Assembly (NCBI GenBank): GCA_021814565.1
Contig: JAKAIC010000001.1
Span: 1-61,360, forward strand
Direction: 5' to 3'
Source of the DNA: Actinomycetes bacterium
GTDB lineage: Bacteria > Actinomycetota > Actinomycetes > S36-B12 > UBA5976
Length of the DNA: 61,360 nucleotides
In this document: in pieces, positions 45,699 through 55,910 of the stretch
Layout of the letters: the number at the start of each line of letters is the position of its first letter
Position numbering within the stretch: position 1 is the first letter of the stretch
Made by a program: the position numbers and the translations under genes
Notes under the pieces: model-generated
What the model saw: the letters and a program-made list of their open reading frames with translations, nothing else
Databases searched by the model: none
Told to the model about the DNA's origin: nothing

Positions 45699-46571
45699 AT
45701 GAATCCCCTTGCCGCACTTGGTCTGGTGGCGCTCGGTGGCCTGGCCTACAGCGCGGGGTATGAGGTACGGGCCTTCCGCGTGCGGCAGCTGACGGTGCCG
45801 GTGTTGCCGGCCGGCGCTCGGCCGGTGCGGATCCTGCACATCTCGGACATGCATCTCACACCACGCCAGAAGCGCAAGCAGGCGTGGCTGCGCACACTGG
45901 GCGAGCTGGGCGCGGATTTCACCATTGTCACCGGTGACTTCTGGGCCAGCGCGAAGGCCCTGCCGGCACTCTTGCACGCTCTCGAGCCGCAGCTGCGTGG
46001 GCCAGGGGCCTTCGTTTTCGGCAGTAATGACTACTACGGCCCGCGCCCCAAGAATCCTGCGCGCTACCTGGGCAGGGACCGGGGCAGGCGCATCCATGGC
46101 GAGGAATTGCCGTGGCAGGACCTGCGCCATGCTCTCACCAGCGCCGGCTGGTTCGATCTGACGCAGCGTCGCGTGCGGTCCGACATCAACGGCAACAGCG
46201 TGGAACTGCGTGGGGTGGACGACCCGCACCTGCAGCGTGATGACTACGCGCTCGTGGCCGGTCCGCGAGCACCTGTTGACGTGGCGCTGGGCGTCACACA
46301 CGCCCCGTACCTGCGGATTCTCGACGCCATGGAGGAGGACGGCGTTGATCTGATACTGAGTGGTCACACGCACGGCGGTCAGCTGTGCCTGCCGGGTGTG
46401 GGTGCGCTGGTGACCAATTGCGACCTCGATCGTCGCCGCGCCAAGGGCCTGCACCGTCACCGGCGGTCCTGGTTGCACGTGAGCGCCGGCGTCGGCACCA
46501 ATCCCTTTACGCCCGTGCGATTTGCCTGCAACCCTGAAGCCACGCTGCTTACATTGGTGCCACGTGCCTGA
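45699..46571 (+). CDS. Membrane-anchored metallophosphoesterase
   Basis: Start at [40 protein letters not shown]. Confidence 0.8.
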   Translation: MNPLAALGLVALGGLAYSAGYEVRAFRVRQLTVPVLPAGARPVRILHISDMHLTPRQKRKQAWLRTLGELGADFTIVTGDFWASAKALPALLHALEPQLRGPGAFVFGSNDYYGPRPKNPARYLGRDRGRRIHGEELPWQDLRHALTSAGWFDLTQRRVRSDINGNSVELRGVDDPHLQRDDYALVAGPRAPVDVALGVTHAPYLRILDAMEEDGVDLILSGHTHGGQLCLPGVGALVTNCDLDRRRAKGLHRHRRSWLHVSAGVGTNPFTPVRFACNPEATLLTLVPRA

Positions 46572-46631
46572 TCGGCGATTTCAGGGCTTCTGACGCATCG
46601 CATAGGATGCGCTGGCTGGTGGTGACACCGG

Positions 46632-46708
<77 letters not shown>

Positions 46709-47074
46709 AATGCAGGTTCGCCTGCGCGCAAGGCCCCCGCAGAAATGCGGGGGTTTTGGTGCATATCGGACACGATCCGTTGCCGGCGGCCTGACTTTCT
46801 CGGCCGTTTCTCGGTCCTTTCTCGGCGGTTCGCCCAAGTTTCTCGGCATTCCGGAGCGCACGCCTGGGAACGTATTCACACGAATCCCCCAGCGTTGCCG
46901 GGCGCTATTCCCAGGCGTCAAGCCCTTCCTTGGCAACGCATATTGGCGATCGACACCGCGGAATGTCACCGGCCGGTCGCCAGGCATAGGAAGCGAGACC
47001 GCACGGATTCACATTCATTCCTGGCCGAGCGCCGGTTCGCGAGGGCTCTGACGGGCGAGATATTCGGGGTGCCG

Positions 47075-47548
47075 ATGTCGCAGTACGTCAATGTCCTGCG
47101 ACCCGAAAGGCCGGCAACCATGCCCATGCCCCCCGCACTCGATACTCCATTCCGTACCCCGAGCGGCCTGCTCGACCCCCAGGCTTTCGTGCCCATCGCC
47201 ACCGCTGCCGAACTCTGTGACTGCAGCCCTGACACTTTTCGTAAGCGCCGCAAGAAGGGCAAGCTTCGCCTGACCACGCTCCCGGATGATGGCTCGTCAC
47301 GGCTATACATCCGCATCGAGGACCTCGCCGGCATCGGGAGGTTGACAGCTGCCGATCTTGAGCCAGTTCGGTTGCCGCATGAGCCCGCTGGCGCCCTCGG
47401 GACCTCGGAACTCAGCCAAGAGCTGGTCCAGCTTCGTGCGGAACGTGAGCGGCTGACGCTCGAACTCGAACTGAAAGATGAACTGCTGGCGGCTCGTAAC
47501 GAGCTCATCCACGTGCTCAAGGCCGCGCAACGGCGGGTGGCAGCATGA
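47075..47548 (+). CDS. Excisionase/MerR-like HTH protein with coiled-coil tail
   Basis: VPIATAAELCDCSPDTFRKRRKKGKLRLT...YIRIEDL (Xis-type HTH). C-terminal heptads. Stop overlaps the integrase start. Confidence 0.55.
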   Translation: MSQYVNVLRPERPATMPMPPALDTPFRTPSGLLDPQAFVPIATAAELCDCSPDTFRKRRKKGKLRLTTLPDDGSSRLYIRIEDLAGIGRLTAADLEPVRLPHEPAGALGTSELSQELVQLRAERERLTLELELKDELLAARNELIHVLKAAQRRVAA

Positions 47549-49575
47549 GGACCGGACGGCCGGCAGGCTCGGGAATCAAGCAAACAGCACGCGGCTGGAG
47601 TGTCCAGGTTCCGGCGTGCACCGGGTCCAAGGCGCGCAAGCAGTGGACGTTCGCAACACGCCAAGCGGCCGTCGCGAGGCTGGCTGAGGCCCGCCAAATC
47701 TTGGCCGCGGGCGGCTCCGTGAAGGACCTTCCCGCGACGGTGGTTGTGGCCTCCAAGGCCCCTTCGACTCGGTCCTCGTCGTCCAGGCCAACGCATACAG
47801 GTGGGCCTACGCCGAAGATCCAGCTCAAGGCTGACTTCCGCGAGGTCGCGGCCGACGCCATGGACAGCCGCTACAACCGCCTGCGCAAGGGAAGCCCGGG
47901 GACGCGTGATCGCGCGATCTCGGACATTCGCATCCACATCCAGCCGTGGATGGATCGGATGGGCTTCCGCAGCGGTGAGGACCTCACCTACGACGCTTGC
48001 GAGGACCTCATGACTGCCTGGGCTTACGGGTCCAGCACCAGCAGCGACGCTCGGAGCGGCAAGCGGGGCCGTGGGCGGCCGACGAACGGCAAGGGCTGCG
48101 CCGCAGGAACGTTGCGCATGCGTCGGCGCACGCTGATCGCAGTCTTGGAGCACGGCGCCGCGCGCTACGGATGGAAGCTGCCCTTCGATACTGCGCAGAT
48201 CCCGATTCCGTCCATCGAGGCGTCACCGGCCCGCACACTGCTGACGCTGTCCGATTGCCGTCGGATCGCCCGGCACCTGCACCCAGTGCACCAACTGGTG
48301 TTGTGGCTCGTGCGCATCCTCGGTCTGCGCTTGGGTGAGGCGTTCGGAGTGCTCCTGTCCGACGTGGAACTCATCGGGGATCGTGGGACCATCCACATCA
48401 GTAAGCAAGGCGGTCAGATCTACCAGGTGCGCAACGCGGACGGTACTGAGGCCAGGGTGACCTCGAAGCTGCAACTCAAGACGCGCGATAGCGAACGCAC
48501 GCTCGTGTTGCCGCATCACTTGGCTTCGTTCTTCCGGAACTACCTTGAGGTCTTCCATCCGTTCCACGCGATGCCAGGGCACGAGCACGACCGCCTCGTT
48601 CGGGGGCTGCGGCACAACGACACGGGCGGCGTACAGGCCTTCCAGAGCGCGTTCAGGCGCGCCGCAGAAGCGGAACGCATCTCAATCGGTCGATCGGATG
48701 CGGGCATCGAGAAGTCGATCCGGCCGACGCCGAAGGATGGGCGCGCGGGAGCGTTCACCGACCTACAGATCCAGGACGCCGACCCGGTGTGGTCACGTCG
48801 CGCGGCGGGGCATCGCGCGGGCGCCGACGTGCATGCCGTGCACTACCTTCGCGACGATCCGCGGAACGCGCCCATGCAGGCCATCGCGAAAGCGTGGGAG
48901 ACCGGCATTGACTCAGAGATTCCGGGCAGCCTTTGCGTGCCCACGAGCAAGTCGTGCACGACGCGTATGCAGCCAGCACTCTGGGCTGAACGTGTGCATA
49001 TCGACAGCACGCTCGTTGCCATGCGCTGGCTGGTACCGGCAGGCGAGGGCGATGGCGAGACGATCTCGACCGCGGAGGCTGCGCAAATCCTGCAGGTTGA
49101 ACCCAAGCGCGTCCGCAAGCTCATCGACACCAACGAACTCGAGGCAAAACGATCCGCCGGAAAGCGCGCGGAGCACCGCGTTGACCTGGCCTCGGTGCTG
49201 GAACTCCGGCAGATGCAACTCTCGCATTCGACCCTCAGCCGCGCTGCGAAGGCCATCGGCATCTCACGCAAGCGTGCGTGGGTATTGGTCGGCCGCCTGC
49301 AACTCAAGGTCGTTCAGCGGGCCCCAGGAGCGACGGTGTACCTGCCGCCGGTAAGTGTGAAGGTGCTGAAAGAACACGTGGCGCACGAGCGTGCAATCAA
49401 GCTCCGCTCCGTCACGTTCGCGGAGGCTGCCGAGAAGTTGGATCTGGGCTCACTCCTCGTGGAGGACCTTGTCAGTCAGGGGCTCCTTGAAGTGGACCCG
49501 GAAATTGGTCCGCAGAACGCTCGGATGATCACGCGCAAGTCACTGGAGCGCTGCCACATGAAGTTGCGTAGCTGA
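47545..49575 (+). CDS. Tyrosine-type integrase with a long C-terminal extension holding three Xis-like HTH modules
   Basis: LGLRLGEAFG (Arg I), LKTRDSERTLVLP, GHRAGADVHAVHYL (His/Tyr region). Lies directly downstream of tRNA-Pro. Confidence 0.7.
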   Translation: MRTGRPAGSGIKQTARGWSVQVPACTGSKARKQWTFATRQAAVARLAEARQILAAGGSVKDLPATVVVASKAPSTRSSSSRPTHTGGPTPKIQLKADFREVAADAMDSRYNRLRKGSPGTRDRAISDIRIHIQPWMDRMGFRSGEDLTYDACEDLMTAWAYGSSTSSDARSGKRGRGRPTNGKGCAAGTLRMRRRTLIAVLEHGAARYGWKLPFDTAQIPIPSIEASPARTLLTLSDCRRIARHLHPVHQLVLWLVRILGLRLGEAFGVLLSDVELIGDRGTIHISKQGGQIYQVRNADGTEARVTSKLQLKTRDSERTLVLPHHLASFFRNYLEVFHPFHAMPGHEHDRLVRGLRHNDTGGVQAFQSAFRRAAEAERISIGRSDAGIEKSIRPTPKDGRAGAFTDLQIQDADPVWSRRAAGHRAGADVHAVHYLRDDPRNAPMQAIAKAWETGIDSEIPGSLCVPTSKSCTTRMQPALWAERVHIDSTLVAMRWLVPAGEGDGETISTAEAAQILQVEPKRVRKLIDTNELEAKRSAGKRAEHRVDLASVLELRQMQLSHSTLSRAAKAIGISRKRAWVLVGRLQLKVVQRAPGATVYLPPVSVKVLKEHVAHERAIKLRSVTFAEAAEKLDLGSLLVEDLVSQGLLEVDPEIGPQNARMITRKSLERCHMKLRS

Positions 49576-49587
49576 CAGCGCGTAGCT

Positions 49588-51162
49588 CTAGACGCCCTGC
49601 TGTGCGCCGGCCTTCCTTGAGGCCGGCGCACAGCCGCGCGTCTTGCGAGGGGCACGCTTCGGGACGCCGGCCTGCTCAATGACGGCGTACACGTCGTGGT
49701 GGTCGCGAAGGCCGTTAACGCGTGCGATTTCGCGAACGTTGTGGCCGTCCCTGTACTGGTCGATCACGGAGTGGCGTTGCTCCGGAGTGAGTGCTTCGAG
49801 GCGGTCCTTTCGTGAAGCGTGGGTGCGCTTTGATGTGCTGGCGGCAACCTCGGGTGCAGCAGACAGCAACTGCACGCCTGCAGCTGCCCAGAGGCTGGGG
49901 AAGGCCACGTATTGGTCGTAGGGCTCTGCTGGCCACAGCGTGCCATCGCCGTCTGCGCGACATCGAAGACATACGTAGCCCGCGGGTTCATCGATGACCA
50001 GCCGTGCTCGTGTGGTGCCGCCGCAACTGGGACAAGCGCGTAGGCGCATGCTGCCCGGGAGAATCGCCCACTCGTGGGCGATGTTTGGCCAGTTGTGTCG
50101 CCGGAGCTCGCGACCGAGCGCGCCGCTGGTGATCAAAGTGCCGTCACCGATGCACCCGATCAAGGCGTCCGTCTCAAGCCTAGAACGTCTGTGCAGCCAC
50201 GTGCAGCGGGCATGAGTCCGGTTGCGCTTTAGGGTCCTACGTGCAGCGTCGATGAGGCCGGGCGCCAGCTTGGAATCAGCAACAGTGCATGTCGTGGCCA
50301 CCGTCGCGCCGGAGTCCTTGGTGGGCAGCAGAGATAGGTAGGCGCGCAGAAGTAGTGGATCGCGCACCGTCACCACCCACGCATCCCGCGATGCGAGGCC
50401 CAATTCTGCGGCCAGGAGATGGGTCCTGGCCTGCGCTTTGCCTCGTTCAAGCCCATCGTCGGCGCGGACGGTCGTGCGCTGTGGGACGCCAGCGCGCAGT
50501 TGCTGGGCGAGTCGTTCGATGCCGGCCGGGTTCGGAGAGGTCTCGTGCTGGCCTTCGAAAGTGATCCTCACGCGGTCGGAGCCGATGCCCAGAATGAGAG
50601 CTCCTTGCCAAGTCACTGTGGCGGGTTCGACGCCCGGTTCGCTCTGCGTGAAGGACAGCTTGTCTATGGCGTGGCGCAGGAACCGTCGCGCGACGTTGGA
50701 GTGAGGGTTGCGCAGTTCGCTTACGAGTTGGAGTACCGATGCGAGTTGCCCGGCCTCCTGTGTCTGAACATTGGCTCGCTTCAGCACTTCGACCGATGTT
50801 TCCAGGCGACGCAGTTCGGCCGTCGCGCGTTCGAACTCCCGCTGCAGGGCCTCTGCCTTCTCGCCGAGTTGGCGCAGGAAATTGTCCGGCAGCCCGCCGC
50901 GCGCCACGGCGTCGATGAGGTTCTGCTCATGCTCCTTGAGCATGGTCAGACGCGAGACGGCGGTCTGCATTTCAGCTTGCGCCGCAAGCAAGTCCGGGCT
51001 GAGTCCGTCGCTTGAGGAGAGCAAAGCCAGGTGGCCGTCGCGAAACGCGCGGGCGACGCCCTGGGCAATGGAGCGGTTCAGCACGCTGCTCTCAATGCTG
51101 AACCGCAGCTGCTCCCCGTCTTCGGTCTCGAGGCGATACCGCATGGCACAGGCGGCACTCAT
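49588..51162 (-). CDS. Coiled-coil / zinc-ribbon / C-terminal HTH protein (resembles the C-terminal modules of large serine recombinases)
   Basis: LKEHEQNLIDAV...AEALQREFERATAELRRLE (coiled coil), CPSCGG...YVCLRC (zinc ribbon), LTPEQRHSVIDQYRDGHNVREIARVNGL (HTH). Confidence 0.5.
   Translation of the reverse strand: MSAACAMRYRLETEDGEQLRFSIESSVLNRSIAQGVARAFRDGHLALLSSSDGLSPDLLAAQAEMQTAVSRLTMLKEHEQNLIDAVARGGLPDNFLRQLGEKAEALQREFERATAELRRLETSVEVLKRANVQTQEAGQLASVLQLVSELRNPHSNVARRFLRHAIDKLSFTQSEPGVEPATVTWQGALILGIGSDRVRITFEGQHETSPNPAGIERLAQQLRAGVPQRTTVRADDGLERGKAQARTHLLAAELGLASRDAWVVTVRDPLLLRAYLSLLPTKDSGATVATTCTVADSKLAPGLIDAARRTLKRNRTHARCTWLHRRSRLETDALIGCIGDGTLITSGALGRELRRHNWPNIAHEWAILPGSMRLRACPSCGGTTRARLVIDEPAGYVCLRCRADGDGTLWPAEPYDQYVAFPSLWAAAGVQLLSAAPEVAASTSKRTHASRKDRLEALTPEQRHSVIDQYRDGHNVREIARVNGLRDHHDVYAVIEQAGVPKRAPRKTRGCAPASRKAGAQQGV
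49599..49634. terminator. 14-bp perfect hairpin between convergent genes
   Basis: GCTGTGCGCCGGCC-N8-GGCCGGCGCACAGC. Overlaps the last codons of the minus-strand ORF. Confidence 0.5.
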
Positions 51163-52475
51163 GGCAGGTCCAATGTCGGTTTGCAGTGACAGGTGGCGCT
51201 CATCATCGCGAGCTTCGCGGTCTTGCCGGCTATCTCGACGGTGATGCCGGCGAGTGAGGACCGCGCGCGATGCGACGCCGCGCGCTCACTGCGTTCCACC
51301 ATGGTGTGGAGTTTGGCAAGCACCGCCGGCTCGGCCCATCCGCCTGGTGGCATGCATCCTGCAACCGTCACGTCATAGCCGCTGGCTCGAAGGTTGAGGA
51401 CGCCCGTTTCGTACAGGTCGAGACGAGAGAGCAACGAACTGCGAATGTTGCCGGCAACGGTCGGATCCATGCGTTCGAGCTGCGTGAGGTAGGACGTGCC
51501 TCGACCGTTTCGGCGCTGGAACTGTTCCGTGGTGAAGCCTCGCGCCATGAGCACAGCGCCGACGGTCTCAGCCATGAGCCCGTCGGCGTATGCGGCAAGC
51601 GCCCAGCGCACACAATCCACCTGATCCGCCACGTTGCCCGATGCGTCGAGAATCGGCACTGCGACGGTGAACAGTTCGTTAGAACTCGGTCGCCACTGTG
51701 CGGCATCCAGGTAGCCGATCGCCGGGCCCTGGCCACCACGCTGGTCTCGAAGGCGGGCATGCGCCAACCCCGCGGGCAGAGGGTTCGGGTACGCATAGAC
51801 GAAGCGTCCCAATGACATGCTGGTTGAGGTGCGCTTGGCCATGGTAGCCCGAGACCGAGTGGTGAGGTCCTCCGCTTGAATGCGTGACTGCCGACCACTG
51901 AAGAAGATGTCGATGTCCCAGCCCGGATACCGTGGCTTGATGCCAGAATTGCCGGCACCTAGCCAGCATTCAGCACCGTTCGCGGAATTGCGATCGATGG
52001 TCCTGACGATCTGGCCAAGGCCGAGCTCATCTCGCCCGAAGCGATCCAGCATCTTGGCCCAGACGAGGCAGGGCTTGTCATTCTGGATCCAGGTCTGAAG
52101 TCGCTTGAGCACGGGTTGCACGCTGTCATCGTCGGTCTTGGTTCCTGACCCTGAACAGACGGAGAGCATGACGGAGCCGTCGGGGGAGGTCCAATCGAAG
52201 AACGTCCACCTTCCCGTTCCCGCAACGAGGATGTCCGTGGAGCCTGCCAGCGCGTCTTGGATCTCCTCCTCGCTCGGGATCAGCTGGCGCACGTCGATGA
52301 TTTGCTGTTGCGCCAACGAAGCGACCGCCATCACCGCGTCCTGCGCAGCCTGTTGCCGTGCGCGCTTTCCACTCTGTGCCGATGCGCGGGCGCTGACGGA
52401 AATTCGGGCACCAGCTGCGAAGCGTGCGGCGACGCCTGGGTGGCAGCCGGGCATTGTGGATAGTCGGGTTGTCAT
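51159..52475 (-). CDS. Serine-recombinase-like protein (degenerate resolvase-type N-terminus)
   Basis: ARISVSARAS, LVWAKMLDRFGRDE (compare LDRLxR), FVYAYPNPLPAG. Start at MTTRLSTM preceded by GAGGAAGGGA. 4-nt overlap with the downstream gene. Confidence 0.4.
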   Translation of the reverse strand: MTTRLSTMPGCHPGVAARFAAGARISVSARASAQSGKRARQQAAQDAVMAVASLAQQQIIDVRQLIPSEEEIQDALAGSTDILVAGTGRWTFFDWTSPDGSVMLSVCSGSGTKTDDDSVQPVLKRLQTWIQNDKPCLVWAKMLDRFGRDELGLGQIVRTIDRNSANGAECWLGAGNSGIKPRYPGWDIDIFFSGRQSRIQAEDLTTRSRATMAKRTSTSMSLGRFVYAYPNPLPAGLAHARLRDQRGGQGPAIGYLDAAQWRPSSNELFTVAVPILDASGNVADQVDCVRWALAAYADGLMAETVGAVLMARGFTTEQFQRRNGRGTSYLTQLERMDPTVAGNIRSSLLSRLDLYETGVLNLRASGYDVTVAGCMPPGGWAEPAVLAKLHTMVERSERAASHRARSSLAGITVEIAGKTAKLAMMSATCHCKPTLDLP

Positions 52476-52880
52476 CGTGAACTCATCCCTTCCTCGTTGG
52501 ATTTCCTTGATCTTGGGCGATCGTTGGCCTGTTGGGCGTGGTGGACGTCCGAATGCGACGACGCCCTGCATGGCACCACGCAGACGTGCATCGCATTCGG
52601 AACGATCCATTTCACCGAGCGTTCCAACGTGGCATCTATCGGCATCTTGACCCGCCAACTGCCACGGCCAGATGCATCCGACGCGCATTCCGTGGATGCT
52701 GATTGCCGCGGATATGCGGCCTAGGAGCGCCACTATTGCCGGGGCACCCAACGTGGAGCCGAACGCCCTCAAGTTGGCGTTGCCACAAACGGTTGAGCGG
52801 CTGGCCGCGTCAAATGCCGCTTTCACTCCTGAGCGCTGCGACGCGCACGGGGCGGAGTGGCACGGGCCGATAGTGCGCAA

Positions 52881-53396
52881 ATGACGACCACCTCTGATGG
52901 ATCATGCTTCGTCCGGCGGGACTCGTGGCTGCTTCGCGATGCGCTGGATGCTGGGCTTGAGTCCGTCTGCCTGCAGGTTCTCCAAGCGGGACTCACCATC
53001 GGGTTCCTTGCGGCCGTTGGCTCCGAGGATCACTCCGAGTTCCTCATTAGCTCACTCACATCCATGTGGCCCAAAGTCCCGGTCGTTCGCCTTCCGCGAC
53101 AGTCAGGCGGCCTAGCACTGGAGCGGCCGCGTATGTGGACCAGCGAGGTCTGCCATGCCCTGATCGCAGGTCTGGAGTCCGATTGCGGTTGTCTGCTGCT
53201 CGCCGGGCCAGGCGTCGATGCCGTCGACACCTATCTCAGTGGTTACGTCGAAGAGAACCCCTACCTCGGTGAGTCGCGCTCCTATGCCGCAGCGCTGCTT
53301 CGGAAGCGCGTCCATGCGCTCATCGACGTGGAACGCATCTGGGCACCTGCAGAAGTGGCGTGGTATAGCCGGGCGCGCCAGCGAACGTCACACTGA
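52881..53396 (+). CDS. Hypothetical protein
   Basis: ORF with ATG at 52881. No motif recognised. Confidence 0.35.
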   Translation: MTTTSDGSCFVRRDSWLLRDALDAGLESVCLQVLQAGLTIGFLAAVGSEDHSEFLISSLTSMWPKVPVVRLPRQSGGLALERPRMWTSEVCHALIAGLESDCGCLLLAGPGVDAVDTYLSGYVEENPYLGESRSYAAALLRKRVHALIDVERIWAPAEVAWYSRARQRTSH

Positions 53397-53423
53397 TTTG
53401 AATGGGCTCGTACGCTCGGCGCT

Positions 53424-53786
53424 ATGCCTGATGCCAAAGACCCAGCTCTGCAATACCTGCTCACTAAACTGGAGATGGCCGAGCTGTCAGTTGCGCTCGA
53501 CGCCACAGAGCAGGAATACGTAGGTCGAGTTGCTGACGGTCTGGTAGACGAGATACGTCACGCTCAACGCGTCTTTCGCAACCTGGTGCCAGGCCATGCC
53601 CTGACGCAGGAAGACTGCGCACGGTTGGAACAGATGACGGCCGACATGACTGAGATCATTCGGACGGATACCCAAGAGCGGTCAAACAACTCCTCGACGT
53701 TCATGGAGGGTTCTGAAGCTGCGCAGCTCGCGGTCGATGCGTGGCGCAAGACACTACGTCGGATCTACCGACAGGCGGGCCTCTAG
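53424..53786 (+). CDS. Hypothetical helical protein
   Basis: 120-aa ORF. No motif recognised. Confidence 0.35.
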   Translation: MPDAKDPALQYLLTKLEMAELSVALDATEQEYVGRVADGLVDEIRHAQRVFRNLVPGHALTQEDCARLEQMTADMTEIIRTDTQERSNNSSTFMEGSEAAQLAVDAWRKTLRRIYRQAGL

Positions 53787-54023
53787 TCCCATGACAAGTT
53801 CGATCGCTCCCTGGTGACGGGTGCCCTTGAAATCAGCCCACGAGAGGTGTTTCACAAGGCTCGCAAACGTCGTTCCGCCCCTCCGGTCGATCGGCAATAG
53901 GGGTCCAAACGGCAATGTAATGCCGGCGCATTGGTGACTACCCGCTTCACGCGTGTCACGAGCGCGAGCGCGGTGTCCGCGGACCGGCATGGTCGTCGGC
54001 GTTTATCGGGCCGAGCCGATGAT

Positions 54024-54123
54024 TGTCAGAACCATAACGAAAGCGTTACTATTTTGACAGATCGGGCCTTCTGGGGGCGCCTTGCCTGTCAAAACGACAA
54101 CGAATCCGTTATGGTTCTGACAG
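54024..54123. promoter_or_regulatory. Two 37-nt inverted-repeat operators upstream of abiEi
   Basis: TGTCAGAACCATAACGAAAGCGTTACTATTTTGACAG (54024..54060) and CTGTCAAAACGACAACGAATCCGTTATGGTTCTGACAG (54086..54123). 30 of 37 positions match in inverse orientation. AGGAGG and GTG 54134 follow. Confidence 0.65.
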
Positions 54124-54133
54124 GAGGTGTGCT

Positions 54134-54694
54134 GTGACCATTCGAACCGCACTCTGGGACGTGGCGATGCACCAGCATGGCTACTTCACGCTCGAAGACG
54201 CCCGCGACCTTGGATTCGACGAGGTCGCCGTGCGCATGATGGCGACCCGTAACAGACTGGAACGCGTCGCCCGAGGTGTCTACCAGTTCCCCCAAATGCC
54301 GGCCAGCGAGGTCGATCCGTACGCACTGGCCGTGCTCTGGACCGGCGTGCCCGAGGCCGCCTTAAGCCATGAGACGGCCCTCGCGGTACGAGGTTACGGG
54401 GACATCAACCCCGACCGGATCCACATGACGGTGGGCGCGCACCGGCGGATCCGCCGCACACCCACCGGACCTTATGAACTGCACTACGAAGACCTGACAC
54501 CGCACAGCATCGGATGGTGGCAGGACGTGCGGACGGTGACCGCGGCAACGGCGGTGCGCCAGTGTATTGACGCGGGAACGCCTGGGTACCTCATGCGACA
54601 GGCCATCGACGTAGCGCGAGATGACGGACAACTCACCACCGCAGAGGCAGCCGAGCTCATGAAGCAACTCGACATGCGGTACGCGAATGCCTGA
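54134..54694 (+). CDS. abiEi: Type IV toxin-antitoxin antitoxin AbiEi
   Basis: HGYFTLEDARDLGFDEVAVRMMATRNRLERVARGVYQF is the typical AbiEi N-terminal wHTH. Overlaps the toxin gene by 8 nt. Confidence 0.8.
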   Translation: MTIRTALWDVAMHQHGYFTLEDARDLGFDEVAVRMMATRNRLERVARGVYQFPQMPASEVDPYALAVLWTGVPEAALSHETALAVRGYGDINPDRIHMTVGAHRRIRRTPTGPYELHYEDLTPHSIGWWQDVRTVTAATAVRQCIDAGTPGYLMRQAIDVARDDGQLTTAEAAELMKQLDMRYANA

Positions 54695-55634
54695 ACCAGT
54701 GGCCCGATCCACCGATCCACGCGCCCTCGATCAACTCGCAGAACGCGGAAAGGCACCCAACAGCAAGAGTGTGCTGGACAACTGGGTGAACCGGGCGCAG
54801 GCGACGACCGGCATCGAGGTTGGGCGCTTGTCCCATCTCATCGCATCCACGGTGGCAGTGGCGGTCTTGCAGCAAGCCGTCGATGAGAGCGGACTTCCAC
54901 TGTTCCTGCTCAAAGGTGGGACCTACCTGCAGTACCGACTCCCTAGCGGTAGCCGCGCCACCAAAGACGTAGACGGTCTGGTCCGAGGCGACCTCGAAAC
55001 GTTCCTTGAAGCGCTAGACGAGGTACTGGCGCTGGATTGGGGTGTCATCTCGCTGCAACGCACCGCCGCCGAGACCATTGCAGTGCCCGGCAAGATCCTG
55101 AAACCCCGACGCTTCCAGTTGAAGCTCGCGATCCGAGGCGTCGTCTGGCGGAGTATCAAAGTCGAAATATCGCCTGATGAAGCAGGGGCTGGCGACCTCA
55201 GCGAGATGCTGCGGCCGGTACAACTGAAACACTTCGGCATCCCTACGCCAGATCAGCTTTTCGGCATCGCCGTGCAGTACCAAATCGCCCAGAAGTTCCA
55301 CGCCTGTACTGACCCGCACGACCCGCCTCAATATCGCAACGAACGTGCCCGTGACCTCCCGGACCTGCTGCTGCTCAAAGACCTGACGGAAACGGAAGGC
55401 GCTCCAAGCCTCAACGAACTTCGAGCAGCATGCGAAGCAGTATTTGCTGCCCGGGCCACAGAGGCGGCAGAGCTGGGCCGTGACGCCCGGACGTGGCCCC
55501 CGCAAGTGACGGCATATGCAGGCTGGGAGAGCGACTACCAGGCAGCCGCGAGCGAGGCCGGTATTGGACACTCGCTGGACGACGCTGTGGACGAACTCAA
55601 TGGGTGGATATTCGTCATTGCCAACGTCGGCTGA
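54687..55634 (+). CDS. abiEii: AbiEii/AbiGii-family nucleotidyltransferase toxin
   Basis: LLKGGTYLQYRL...RATKDVDGLV (NTase G-x-n-DxD region). Size 315 aa. Confidence 0.8.
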   Translation: MPEPVARSTDPRALDQLAERGKAPNSKSVLDNWVNRAQATTGIEVGRLSHLIASTVAVAVLQQAVDESGLPLFLLKGGTYLQYRLPSGSRATKDVDGLVRGDLETFLEALDEVLALDWGVISLQRTAAETIAVPGKILKPRRFQLKLAIRGVVWRSIKVEISPDEAGAGDLSEMLRPVQLKHFGIPTPDQLFGIAVQYQIAQKFHACTDPHDPPQYRNERARDLPDLLLLKDLTETEGAPSLNELRAACEAVFAARATEAAELGRDARTWPPQVTAYAGWESDYQAAASEAGIGHSLDDAVDELNGWIFVIANVG

Positions 55635-55715
55635 GTGCACGCCCGCCACGCCCGTGATCAGAGTGCACCACGAACGAACAGCGCCCGCACGTGATGCGAA
55701 TATGGTGCGCGACGG

Positions 55716-55910
55716 TTACGGCACCAAGCAGGCGCCCATCGCATTCGAATCCGGTTGCACCCGCACGGTCGTTGAGACGGTCCAGTCGTCGGGCGTTTCG
55801 GTGCCGTCAAAGATGGCGAGAATGACCTGTTCCGCGTCATGCCCTGCGAGCGGCGCGCCATCAGGATCCATCATGCGAATCTGCACAGTCAGCGCTGAAG
55901 TAGTTTCCAT
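55716..55910 (-). CDS. Possible 64-aa hypothetical protein
   Basis: ORF starting METTSALTVQIRMMDPDG. No support beyond the ORF. Confidence 0.25.
   Translation of the reverse strand: METTSALTVQIRMMDPDGAPLAGHDAEQVILAIFDGTETPDDWTVSTTVRVQPDSNAMGACLVP

Noticed and set aside
45642-46478. Upstream 279 codons of the 433-aa minus-strand ORF 45177..46478.
   Set aside because: It lies antisense to the metallophosphoesterase gene, which has full catalytic motifs. Only the last 154 codons match the GatB/YqeY pattern.
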